From positions 3,390,001-3,422,000 of the forward strand of contig NZ_CP042905.2 of the NCBI RefSeq assembly GCF_008000775.2: a stretch of 32,000 bases of DNA, written 5' to 3'. Source of the DNA: Promethearchaeum syntrophicum. GTDB taxonomy: Archaea > Asgardarchaeota > Lokiarchaeia > Sigyniarchaeales > Promethearchaeaceae. Under the pieces are notes generated by a model, which saw nothing but the letters and a program-made list of their open reading frames with translations, was not told the origin of the DNA and made no database searches. A program made the translations under genes and the position numbers. Shown here piece after piece: positions 17,847 through 26,787 of the stretch (the first letter of the stretch is position 1; each line of letters opens with the position of its first letter).

Positions 17847-19343
17847 TTAACGGATTAGATCATGCACGTTTGATTCGTTAATACCCGCTGTTGAAACGCG
17901 ACCAATTTTTACTTTATACGCTTCCGAAATTCCTTTTGCTCCAGCATATATTAACCCATTCTTTAAACCTTCTTCAAGCGATAGAAGAACACCTTCTAAA
18001 GGGCCAAGAAACGGTGTATATCCACTCACACCTTCTGCTAATTTTTTGCTATCTTTGACATATCTATCAAACACATAAGATCCAATTGCTCGTGCTTCCT
18101 TACTCCCCATACCCCGATATATCTTTACTTTTCTTCCCTGTATATTATCAAGAATTCCCGGTGATTCGGTGCACCCAGCGAAGAAATGACCGCTCATAAT
18201 CATATCAGCGCCAACGGCAAAAGATTTGATCAGATCTCCAGGAAACTTAAACCCACCATCAGCGATTAAACTTATTTTTCCCGGTGCATAATCGTTAATT
18301 GCATCAGCAACTTGGGCTGTAGCGAAAAAAGTTGGAGCCCCAACACCAGTTTGAATCGAAGTAGTACAAATACTCCCACTCCCCATGCCTACTTTTATAC
18401 CGATAAATTTATCTTCGGGAAAACCCGTGTTGCATATTAAATCCTCAGCGGCTTCATAGGTTCCAATGTTGCCAACTACAAATTTTGAATCTATAATTTC
18501 CATCAATTTCTTAGTGCCTTCAATATCATCTTTTTTATGAAATTCAGCTACATCTGTCATTAAAATATCTGCCAAATTAGCCGCTTTTTTAAATGTTTCT
18601 AATTCTTCTAGATTTTTGGGCAGAAATGGAGAGCAGCCTAACCCACATAATAATCTACCTTTCGTATCTTTTGATGCGTATGGATAATTAGGTTTTAAAT
18701 CTTTTTTTGTTATCAAACCTGTTAAAACACCATCAGAATCAACTAATGGAATTTTTTCTTTCCTAATTTCATATAATTTCGCAAGACCTTCTTCTCTGGA
18801 TACATTTGCAGGTAAACATATTGGATCTTTAGTCATCACATCTCCGACTTTACCATCGTATTCACTTTCAAACGGAATATCTCTTTGAGTAATAATGCCT
18901 ATCACTTTATTTTTTGAATCAAGTACGGGAAATCCACTAATCCCCCGATTTTTCATCATTACTCTTACTTCTTTTATAGTCATTCCAGGTGAAACAGTTG
19001 CTACATCTTCAATAATAAAATTTCTAGCCCTTTTAACCTTTTTAACCATTTGCAATTGTTTAGAATAAGAACAATTTCTATGAAGTACCCCTAAACCACC
19101 AAAGAGCGCCATGTTTATTGCCATTTCTTCTTCAGTAACAGTATCCATTGACGCTGAAATAATTGGAGATTCAAAATGAAATGGACCTAAATTTGATGAT
19201 AGATCACATTCTGAAGGTTTAAACGAAGTATAACCTGGAAGAGTTAAGACGTCATTAAAAGTAAGAATCCATCCTCTATCTGCAAAGGATTTTTCTCGGA
19301 AATAATTTTTATCTCCTGGATTTTTTTTTTTTAGTATCTCCAT
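17847..19343 (-). CDS. guaB: IMP dehydrogenase with CBS domains
   Basis: LTFNDVLTLPGYT, ISASMDTVTEEEMA, CBS repeats (GISGFPVLDSKNKVIGIITQRD), GSGSICTTSIQTGVG catalytic loop, IADGGFKFPGD, YRGMGSKEA. Confidence 0.95.
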   Translation of the reverse strand: MEILKKKNPGDKNYFREKSFADRGWILTFNDVLTLPGYTSFKPSECDLSSNLGPFHFESPIISASMDTVTEEEMAINMALFGGLGVLHRNCSYSKQLQMVKKVKRARNFIIEDVATVSPGMTIKEVRVMMKNRGISGFPVLDSKNKVIGIITQRDIPFESEYDGKVGDVMTKDPICLPANVSREEGLAKLYEIRKEKIPLVDSDGVLTGLITKKDLKPNYPYASKDTKGRLLCGLGCSPFLPKNLEELETFKKAANLADILMTDVAEFHKKDDIEGTKKLMEIIDSKFVVGNIGTYEAAEDLICNTGFPEDKFIGIKVGMGSGSICTTSIQTGVGAPTFFATAQVADAINDYAPGKISLIADGGFKFPGDLIKSFAVGADMIMSGHFFAGCTESPGILDNIQGRKVKIYRGMGSKEARAIGSYVFDRYVKDSKKLAEGVSGYTPFLGPLEGVLLSLEEGLKNGLIYAGAKGISEAYKVKIGRVSTAGINESNVHDLIR

Positions 19344-19672
19344 AGAATAAAATAAATTTCTTATTTCTTATACTTTACCGATCATTCGATTTTAGTATAA
19401 TTAAAAAAAAATGCCATAAAAGAATCGAAAGATTGCAAAATTTAATCTAACTTTCTAAAATCAAAGTAATCATTAGTTTTTTAAAACAAGAATTTAAGCC
19501 TTTATACATTCCTTATTTTTTAACCACTGTTTTAATTTTTCAAACTGTAATATCTCAGAAAGGGAAAAGATTTAAGTTCAAAAATTCTATTTTTTAATAT
19601 CTTAAACACTTTGCAAGTGAATGAAATTTAAAAATAGAAAGAAAATTATATAATAATATAAAGTGAAACATT

Positions 19673-20206
19673 TTGACAGATAAATTCCTATTCAAACTAA
19701 TAATTGCTGGATCGGGCGGATCGGGGAAAACTACACTTTTACGACGATATACAACAGGTCTTTTTTCTGGTGGTACAAAAATGACAATAGGTGTCGATTT
19801 CAGTGTAACTAACTGCGAAACATCCAAAGGTAAAACTGTGCTTCAGATTTGGGATTTCGGCGGAGAAGAGCGATTCAGGATCATGTTACCTAATTTTTGC
19901 TTAGGAGCTTCGGGCTGTATCATGATGTTTGACCCATTACGACCATCTACATTTATCGAATTAGACGAATGGATTCAAATTGTTCGACAAAATACAAAAA
20001 ATATACCAATAATTCTACTCTCCTCAAAACAAGATTTGATTCAAGAAGGCCATCCATTTGCTGTAGCCAAAGATGATATTGAAAGTTTTATTTCCGAAGA
20101 AGCTTTGAATAATTATATGGCAGTTTCTTCAAAAACAGGAGTAAACGTTGTAGAATCTTTTGAACAAATTGCAGAATTAATGATTTCTAAAAGCACTAAC
20201 AAATAA
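19673..20206 (+). CDS. Rab/Ras-like small GTPase with divergent G-motifs
   Basis: G1 GSGGSGKTT, G2 region KMTIGVDFSV, G3 WDFGGEERF, G4-like SKQD, G5 SSKTG. TTG start. Confidence 0.9.
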   Translation: MTDKFLFKLIIAGSGGSGKTTLLRRYTTGLFSGGTKMTIGVDFSVTNCETSKGKTVLQIWDFGGEERFRIMLPNFCLGASGCIMMFDPLRPSTFIELDEWIQIVRQNTKNIPIILLSSKQDLIQEGHPFAVAKDDIESFISEEALNNYMAVSSKTGVNVVESFEQIAELMISKSTNK

Positions 20207-20287
20207 TATTATTTTAGGAAATTATACGATTAGCTTATTTTTTTTTAGAGATATTTTATTTTTATTTAATGATTAGATTTGTGAATA

Positions 20288-20905
20288 ATGAGAAAATCCT
20301 TGAACAAAGCACAAGAATTAGATATAGAGGCAAGAATTAAGGATCTCAAAGCAAATTCTAAAATAGATTTTTCCAAATCATTACCTACTAAAGAAGAAGC
20401 AATTGAAATTATGAAAAAATTGGGTCTACCCAAGAATATTATTAATCATGAACTAGCGGTGATGCGCAAAGCACGAGATTTGGCATATAATATCACAAAA
20501 GTAGAAGTCGATATTGAGTTAGTAAAAATTGGTGCACTAATGCATGACATTGGACGTTGTGTATTACATTCAATGGCACACGGACCTATAGGAGGAGATA
20601 TAATTCGCAAACTCGGATTTAAATCTTCAAAAAAATTAGCAAGGGTTGTTGAACGACATCTTCTAGCAGGAATTTCAGCAGATGAAGCAGAAAAATTTGA
20701 TCTTCCAGAGCGAAACTATATTCCTGAAACTATCGAAGAGAAATTAGTGTGTTTTTCAGACAAATTACATTCAGGCTCACGTAAGGTTACAATAGAAAAG
20801 CGATTCCAAAGGTGGATTGCAAAACATGGATTAAACCAATTTTTAAAAGAGCAAATTAATCGCGCAAAGATTTTAGAAGAAGAAATCTTGGGGCAAATTT
20901 ATTGA
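20288..20905 (+). CDS. HD-domain phosphohydrolase (HDIG-like)
   Basis: GALMHDIGRCVLHSMAHGPIGG, VVERHLLAGI, CFSDKLHSG. Confidence 0.85.
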   Translation: MRKSLNKAQELDIEARIKDLKANSKIDFSKSLPTKEEAIEIMKKLGLPKNIINHELAVMRKARDLAYNITKVEVDIELVKIGALMHDIGRCVLHSMAHGPIGGDIIRKLGFKSSKKLARVVERHLLAGISADEAEKFDLPERNYIPETIEEKLVCFSDKLHSGSRKVTIEKRFQRWIAKHGLNQFLKEQINRAKILEEEILGQIY

Positions 20906-21423
20906 TGGATGAATATTGGAAAAAAAAATCATGGAAACTTAAAGCACAGGAAGATTTACCATATTTAGCAACCCCAACAATTGTAATTGAATCGATTTTT
21001 AAATTTTTGAAAGAAGAAAACCTAATTAAAAAAAATCAAAGATTAGTTGATTTAGGTGCGGGTGATGGAAGAGTAATTGTTTTTGCATCGGAATTTTATA
21101 GTTTAATATCATTGGGGTTAGAAATAAACATTAATTTAATAAAAACTGCAGAAAGTGAAATTATACGAAAAAATCTATCAGATCTTTGCCAGGTAAAAGA
21201 AATGGATCTTTTTAATTTTGATATTTCGGAAATGGATATTGTTTTTTGCTTCTTCTTACCTTCAAATTATGAATATTGCTCTCACGTTATTGAAACGGTA
21301 AAATCGGGAGGAATAGTTATCAATATTAAATGGAATCTTAAAAAATTTAAAAAATATTGGAAAAAATCGTTTAAAATTACAGCGGACGAGCATTTTCCCG
21401 CTTATATTTACATTAAAAAGTAG
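20905..21423 (+). CDS. Class I SAM-dependent methyltransferase
   Basis: Motif I LVDLGAGDGRVIVFAS, EINI motif II, FCFFLPSNYE motif. Start ATG 20905 overlaps the upstream stop by 1 nt (the track gives TTG 20902). Confidence 0.82.
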   Translation: MDEYWKKKSWKLKAQEDLPYLATPTIVIESIFKFLKEENLIKKNQRLVDLGAGDGRVIVFASEFYSLISLGLEININLIKTAESEIIRKNLSDLCQVKEMDLFNFDISEMDIVFCFFLPSNYEYCSHVIETVKSGGIVINIKWNLKKFKKYWKKSFKITADEHFPAYIYIKK

Positions 21424-21483
21424 GAATTACCCATTTAAACTGCTATTATAACTATTATAAAATATAATCAATACAAAAAAAAA

Positions 21484-22335
21484 TTGAGAATATCTAATCT
21501 TACTCGATTTAAATTGAAAAAATTTAATTTATCTTCTGATCAAATTAGTAGATATTCCCGCCAAATAATCCTTAAGGAAATTGGCGCTAAAGGGATGAGA
21601 AAACTTTTAAATGCAAGAGTATTAGTCATCGGTGCAGGAGGATTAGGATGTCCTGCAGTTCAAATTCTAAGTGCAAGTGGCGTTGGTAATATTAGAATTG
21701 TTGATGGGGATAAAGTAGAAATTTCAAATTTATCTCGGCAAATCATGCATTATACCAGTGATATCGGCAAATTGAAGGTAGAAAGCCTTGAAAGCAAAAT
21801 TAATCTAATGAACCCTGATGTTTCCGTTGAAATAATCAATGAATTTGCAAATAAATCAAACATAAAAAGATTACTTGAAGATTGTGATTTTGTCATTGAA
21901 GCTAGTGATAATTTTGGAACGAAATTTTTGATTAATGATGCTTGCACACACTTTAAAATACCGTATAGTATTGCAGGTGTTGTTCAATTTTTTGGTCAAA
22001 TTCTTTCTGTAATTCCAGGAGAAACTACTTGTTATCGATGTATATTTTCAAAGTATACGGGTGAAGATTCTAATAATACGTGTTCAGCATTAGGCGTAAT
22101 TGGAACTGTTCCCGTTATTGCTGGAACTTTACAAGCAAATGAAGCGATAAAATCAATTTTAGGCTTACCATTAAAATTTACAAATGGATTTTTTTTTTTT
22201 AACTTGATGGAAAATACATTTGAATTTGTTAATATTAAAAAAAATCCAAGTTGTCCAGTGTGCTCAAATCCAGATGAACCCTTTTACTTAAAAAATCAAT
22301 ACACAGATGAATTTGATGAATGTAAGATAAAATAA
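21484..22335 (+). CDS. ThiF/MoeB/HesA E1-like adenylyltransferase
   Basis: RYSRQIILKEIG, VIGAGGLGCPAVQIL, DGDKVEISNLSRQ, DACTHFKIPY, CYRC...CPVC zinc site, TCSALGVIGTVPVIAG with the conserved Cys. TTG start. Confidence 0.9.
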   Translation: MRISNLTRFKLKKFNLSSDQISRYSRQIILKEIGAKGMRKLLNARVLVIGAGGLGCPAVQILSASGVGNIRIVDGDKVEISNLSRQIMHYTSDIGKLKVESLESKINLMNPDVSVEIINEFANKSNIKRLLEDCDFVIEASDNFGTKFLINDACTHFKIPYSIAGVVQFFGQILSVIPGETTCYRCIFSKYTGEDSNNTCSALGVIGTVPVIAGTLQANEAIKSILGLPLKFTNGFFFFNLMENTFEFVNIKKNPSCPVCSNPDEPFYLKNQYTDEFDECKIK

Positions 22336-22357
22336 AATAATGCAGGTTAAAAATTGA

Positions 22358-22642
22358 TTAAGTTTTTTTTATCCAAATTGTTTTTTCATTGTTTAATTCA
22401 AACTCCGATAATACTTCGCCCAATTCTTGTTTCATTATAGATTGAGGAACATTAGTGAAAGCGGAACGAAAATCTAATATTACTTTTAATATCGAATTTG
22501 ATTCCATTTCTTCTAAAGCTACTTTGGCATATACAAAGGTCATTGGACATTGATAACCTCGAAGATCTAATACACGATCTTCCTTAATTTCATTAGAATT
22601 GGAACATTTAGATTCAAAATTTTCAAAATTAGTCATCATCAA
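22358..22642 (-). CDS. TusA/SirA-like sulfurtransferase (sulfur-carrier) protein
   Basis: LDLRGYQCPMTFVYAKVALEEM motif with the conserved CPxP-like Cys (CPMT here). Confidence 0.8.
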   Translation of the reverse strand: MMMTNFENFESKCSNSNEIKEDRVLDLRGYQCPMTFVYAKVALEEMESNSILKVILDFRSAFTNVPQSIMKQELGEVLSEFELNNEKTIWIKKT

Positions 22643-22719
22643 TCCGAAATAAAAACTTTTTCAACAAAAAAGCTCCGATTAAAATTGAAAGGCAAGAGGT
22701 TTTTAAATTGAAAAAGAAG

Positions 22720-23259
22720 TTACTTTAAATGCTTTAACTGTTCTTTTACATAAAAAAACGCACCATTTTTATCCAAATATTTCTGCAAAAAAGGAGTAAA
22801 TGGATGGAAAGTAAATTTTCTGTTAGAAATATGGTTATAGATAACATTATTTTTGAGATCGATAGATATTAAATCACCTTGATTTCCCAAATCGGAGGGT
22901 ATAGAATAAGAAGATCCATTTTCTTTTTTAATTACAATTGGAAGAAGTCCTAAATTTATACAATTCCTAAAGAAGATCCGTGCAAATGAAAACGCAATTA
23001 TCCCTCCAACCCCCAATTGTTTTAAAACATAAACTGCTTCTTCTCTACTCGAACCACACCCGAAATTTTTACCGGCAATTATGAAATCTCCTTTCTTTAC
23101 CAATTTATGAAAATCAGGAATTACTAACTCTAATGTAGCTTCTAGCATTTTTTCAGAATTTTGCTCGGTGAGAACTCTACTGGGCACAATTAAATCGGTA
23201 TCGATTGAATCGCCAACAATCCATATCCTACCTTCTAGCTTTTTTATTTCTTCTTTCAT
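22720..23259 (-). CDS. leuD: 3-isopropylmalate dehydratase / homoaconitase-family small subunit
   Basis: GRIWIVGDSIDTDLIVP...GDFIIAGKNFGCGSSREEAV...FARIFFRNCINLGLLP. Substrate specificity not assigned. Confidence 0.85.
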   Translation of the reverse strand: MKEEIKKLEGRIWIVGDSIDTDLIVPSRVLTEQNSEKMLEATLELVIPDFHKLVKKGDFIIAGKNFGCGSSREEAVYVLKQLGVGGIIAFSFARIFFRNCINLGLLPIVIKKENGSSYSIPSDLGNQGDLISIDLKNNVIYNHISNRKFTFHPFTPFLQKYLDKNGAFFYVKEQLKHLK

Positions 23260-23267
23260 TTATTAAA

Positions 23268-24548
23268 CTACTTCCAAATGTCTTTTTCAGGAATTGTGAT
23301 ATAACCTTTCAATGCAGATGCTGCAACCACAGCAGGAGATGCTAAATAGGATTTAGAAGTCGGATCTCCCATGCGTCCCTTAAAATTACGATTCGAAGAA
23401 CTAACACAAATTTCATTAGGCCCCAAGACTCCAAGATGGCCTCCAATACAAGGGCCACAAGAGGGATATTCAACAACACCACCTGCTTGAATCAAAATTT
23501 CGATTAATCCCTCATTTAATGCTTGAAGATAAATCTCCCGAGATGCAGGAATTATGATAAATTTCACGCTTGAAGGTATTTTTTTACCCTGTATTATCTT
23601 TGCAGCAACACGTAAATCTTCCATTCTTCCATTAGTGCATGATCCCAGAAAGGCTTCATCAATTTCAATGGTTCCTAATTCTTCTACTGGTATTACATTA
23701 TCCGGACTAAACGGTTTTGCAACTAATGGAGGGATTTCATTTAAATCGTAATTTGATATTTTTTTATATTGGGCATCTTTGGTTGGAAAAATTGGTTTAT
23801 TGAATTTTTTATTGAAGTCATTTTCAACTGAGGGATGGCTTTTTAGCCAATTTTCTAATAGTTTATCGCTCTCGAAAACCCCGCATTTAGCCCCCATTTC
23901 AACACTCATATTTGCGATTGTCATACGGGCAGATATCGAAAGGTTTTCCAATCCAAGACCACCAAATTCGAAGGCTTCATAAATCGCGCCATCAGTGTGA
24001 AAATCTTTCAATAACTGGAGCACAACATCTTTCCCCATTACTTTTGACCCTAACTTTCCTTTAAACTCAATTCTTTGGACTTCAGGAATTTTGAACCATA
24101 ATTTTCCCAGAGAAAAGATAATTGAAACGTCTGTAGCACCAATTCCCGTTCCAATACAATTAAATGCACCGTAGGTAGTAGTATGGGAATCAGATCCAAC
24201 AATTAACATACCTGGCCGTGAGAATCCTTTTTCAGGTAGGACTTGATGACAAATCCCTTGATTTTGTCCCATATTCCATTTAATATTATAATCTTTAGCA
24301 AATTTATTGGCGATTTGATGCATTTTTGCAGCTTTAATATCGGGAGGAGGGACCCAATGATCTAGAATATAGAATACTTTTGAAGGATCCCAAATGCGAT
24401 CTAATCCCAATTTGCGAAATTCTGGAGAAATTCGCCCTCCTAGTTGTTCATGAACCATAACTAGATCAATATCGCATTCAACAAATTCTCCCGGTTCAAG
24501 AGATTTTTTATTACAATGCTTGGCAAAAATTTGATTACTTATCGACAC
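23268..24548 (-). CDS. leuC: 3-isopropylmalate dehydratase / homoaconitase-family large subunit
   Basis: VGSDSHTTTYGAFNCIGTGIGATD, FLGSCTNGRMEDL, YPSCGPCIGGHLGVL iron-sulfur Cys ligands. 426 aa; 8-nt gap to the small subunit. Confidence 0.88.
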   Translation of the reverse strand: MSISNQIFAKHCNKKSLEPGEFVECDIDLVMVHEQLGGRISPEFRKLGLDRIWDPSKVFYILDHWVPPPDIKAAKMHQIANKFAKDYNIKWNMGQNQGICHQVLPEKGFSRPGMLIVGSDSHTTTYGAFNCIGTGIGATDVSIIFSLGKLWFKIPEVQRIEFKGKLGSKVMGKDVVLQLLKDFHTDGAIYEAFEFGGLGLENLSISARMTIANMSVEMGAKCGVFESDKLLENWLKSHPSVENDFNKKFNKPIFPTKDAQYKKISNYDLNEIPPLVAKPFSPDNVIPVEELGTIEIDEAFLGSCTNGRMEDLRVAAKIIQGKKIPSSVKFIIIPASREIYLQALNEGLIEILIQAGGVVEYPSCGPCIGGHLGVLGPNEICVSSSNRNFKGRMGDPTSKSYLASPAVVAASALKGYITIPEKDIWK

Positions 24549-24639
24549 TAATAAAAATTAATTTAAATCAATTATTAATTGATCCTATAGTTGATTTATT
24601 TTTAATAAAACAATTTATAAATTAAGGAATGAATAAAAA

Positions 24640-25287
24640 ATGCCAAATTTCGTACTTTTCGGAGCACCAGGTGCTGGTAAGGGAACTTTAGCTGGAAAAA
24701 TTAAAAGTTTTAGTCCAGTTGTCCATATCTCTACAGGAGATTTATTTAGAGCAAATATAAAAGGAGATACCCCAATCGGTAAAGAAGCTAAAAGTTTCAT
24801 TGATTCAGGAAGATTAGTCCCAGATAGCGTTGTTATCGACATGGTAAAAGATAGAATTGCACAAGATGACGTAAAACAAAATGGTTTTATGTTGGATGGA
24901 TTTCCAAGAACATTAGATCAATCTAAGGCTTTATCCAATATCGCAAGTTTAGATGTTGTTGTTGTTATTGATATTCCAAAGGAAGATCTTAAAAACCGTA
25001 TTCTTGGTCGTTATTCTTGCCCAAAATGTGGTAAAATATATAATATTTACAATGATGAATTGAAACCCAAAATAGAAGGCAAATGCGATACTTGTACAAA
25101 CACAGAATTGACTCACCGTAGTGATGATAATGAAGAAACATTTGAAAAGCGTTGGAACACTTATTTAAGCCAATCTGAAGAGGTAATTAATTATTATTCA
25201 GAAACCGCTGGTTTAGTACAGAAAATTGATGGTAGAAAGACAATGTCTTATACTGAAGAAGAATTAAAACAAATTTTACGAATTTGA
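24640..25287 (+). CDS. adk: Adenylate kinase, long zinc-lid (bacterial/eukaryotic-type) form
   Basis: FGAPGAGKGT, STGDLFR, GFMLDGFPRT, RYSCPKCGKIYN...GKCDTC zinc-binding LID. Confidence 0.93.
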   Translation: MPNFVLFGAPGAGKGTLAGKIKSFSPVVHISTGDLFRANIKGDTPIGKEAKSFIDSGRLVPDSVVIDMVKDRIAQDDVKQNGFMLDGFPRTLDQSKALSNIASLDVVVVIDIPKEDLKNRILGRYSCPKCGKIYNIYNDELKPKIEGKCDTCTNTELTHRSDDNEETFEKRWNTYLSQSEEVINYYSETAGLVQKIDGRKTMSYTEEELKQILRI

Positions 25288-25331
25288 AAATTGCAAGAAT
25301 TTTTTTTTACGCTATTCTTTAATTAATTAAG

Positions 25332-25682
25332 ATGATATCAAGGAAATTAATGAATTTTTATCTTTCTTTTTTTGGATTAAATAGCATTATATCTTTAATT
25401 GCTTCAATCTATGGATTTTCACTAGGTTTATTCTACATCATTGATTTAATTTTAACTCTATTATTAATTGGATTATATTTTTATGTCTTTTTCAGAAAAG
25501 CGGAATATTTAGGTTTTTTTACGCTATTCTTCATGTTTTATGGATTCGTTAACGCATTACTGTTTGTAGACTTTGGTTGGTCATTTTGGATAATTGTACC
25601 AATATGCATTATTGATTTTATTGGAATTGTTATCTATTCTTTTGCAAAAATGAGAAGAACAAAGCAAAGTTTCAGAAGATAA
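25332..25682 (+). CDS. Small integral membrane protein (about 4 TM), unknown function
   Basis: 116 aa, almost entirely hydrophobic helices. ATG start just after adk. Confidence 0.55.
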   Translation: MISRKLMNFYLSFFGLNSIISLIASIYGFSLGLFYIIDLILTLLLIGLYFYVFFRKAEYLGFFTLFFMFYGFVNALLFVDFGWSFWIIVPICIIDFIGIVIYSFAKMRRTKQSFRR

Positions 25683-25709
25683 GTACCATAATTAATAAAT
25701 AAAAAAAAA

Positions 25710-26777
25710 TTACTGCACCATTTCAATCCAATTAAATATATCCTCTTTTTCCCCATATTGGATTCCGATCAATTCATCATAAATTTGCTTTGCAATGAGC
25801 CCAACCTTGAATTCATTTATGATATGTTCTTGGTCTCGATACGAAATTGAACCCACAGGAGCAATTATTGCGGCAGTCCCCATACCGAAGGCTTCAGTTA
25901 ATGATTTATTTTCAATCCTTTCAATTACTTCCTCAATAGAAATTCTTCGCTCACTAGCTTTAATGCCTAATTTCTTACATATTTCTAAGACAGATTTCCG
26001 AGTAATCCCATGTAAAATAGTTCCATCAAGCTCTGGAGTTACAACCTCATTGTCAATAACAAAAGCAATATTCATTGCACCTACTTCTTCAACATACTTC
26101 ATTTCAATTGAATCTAACCATAAAGTTTGGGAAAAACCTTTCTTTTTTGCTTCAACAGCAGATTTAAGAGATGCAGCATAATTTCCCGCAGTTTTTGCTT
26201 CTCCAGTTCCACCCATAGCAGCTCTGACGTATTTATCTTCAACCATTATTTTAATTGGATTAAAACCTTCTTTAAAGTACGGTCCAGAGGGGCTTAAAAT
26301 TATAAATAGAAGGTATTTATCTGCTTTATGAAGCCCTAAGAATGTTTCATGTGCCACCATACAAGGTCTAATATAGAGAGATGTACCCTTTAATTTAGGG
26401 ACCCATTCTTTTTCAATTTTTAAAAACTCCTTTAAGGCACCCACCATATATTCTACATCAACTGATGGCATGCACATTCTCTCTGCGGAACGGTTTAAAC
26501 GTTGAAAATTCTCTTTTGGACGAAACAACCTAAGTCCATCTTTTGCTCGATAACATTTCATACCCTCCCAAACAATTTGACCATAATGAAGACATGCAGC
26601 TGCAGGTTCTAAACCTAATTGCCCATAAGGTTTAATTTCTGCTGGATCCCAACCACCTTTATCTTTATCATATTCCATAATTAGCATGTGATTGGAAAAA
26701 ACATTCCCAAATCCTAATTTTGAATCATCTTCTGGCGGGTGTCTTGGATTTTGGTTTTCAGTTAATTTTATCTCCAT
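25710..26777 (-). CDS. ilvE: Branched-chain amino acid aminotransferase, copy A
   Basis: LHYGQIVWEGMKCYR, SLYIRPCMVA, GGTGEAKTAGNYAASL (PLP Lys region), GMGTAAIIAPVGSI. Confidence 0.92.
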   Translation of the reverse strand: MEIKLTENQNPRHPPEDDSKLGFGNVFSNHMLIMEYDKDKGGWDPAEIKPYGQLGLEPAAACLHYGQIVWEGMKCYRAKDGLRLFRPKENFQRLNRSAERMCMPSVDVEYMVGALKEFLKIEKEWVPKLKGTSLYIRPCMVAHETFLGLHKADKYLLFIILSPSGPYFKEGFNPIKIMVEDKYVRAAMGGTGEAKTAGNYAASLKSAVEAKKKGFSQTLWLDSIEMKYVEEVGAMNIAFVIDNEVVTPELDGTILHGITRKSVLEICKKLGIKASERRISIEEVIERIENKSLTEAFGMGTAAIIAPVGSISYRDQEHIINEFKVGLIAKQIYDELIGIQYGEKEDIFNWIEMVQ

Positions 26778-26787
26778 AATAAAACCC

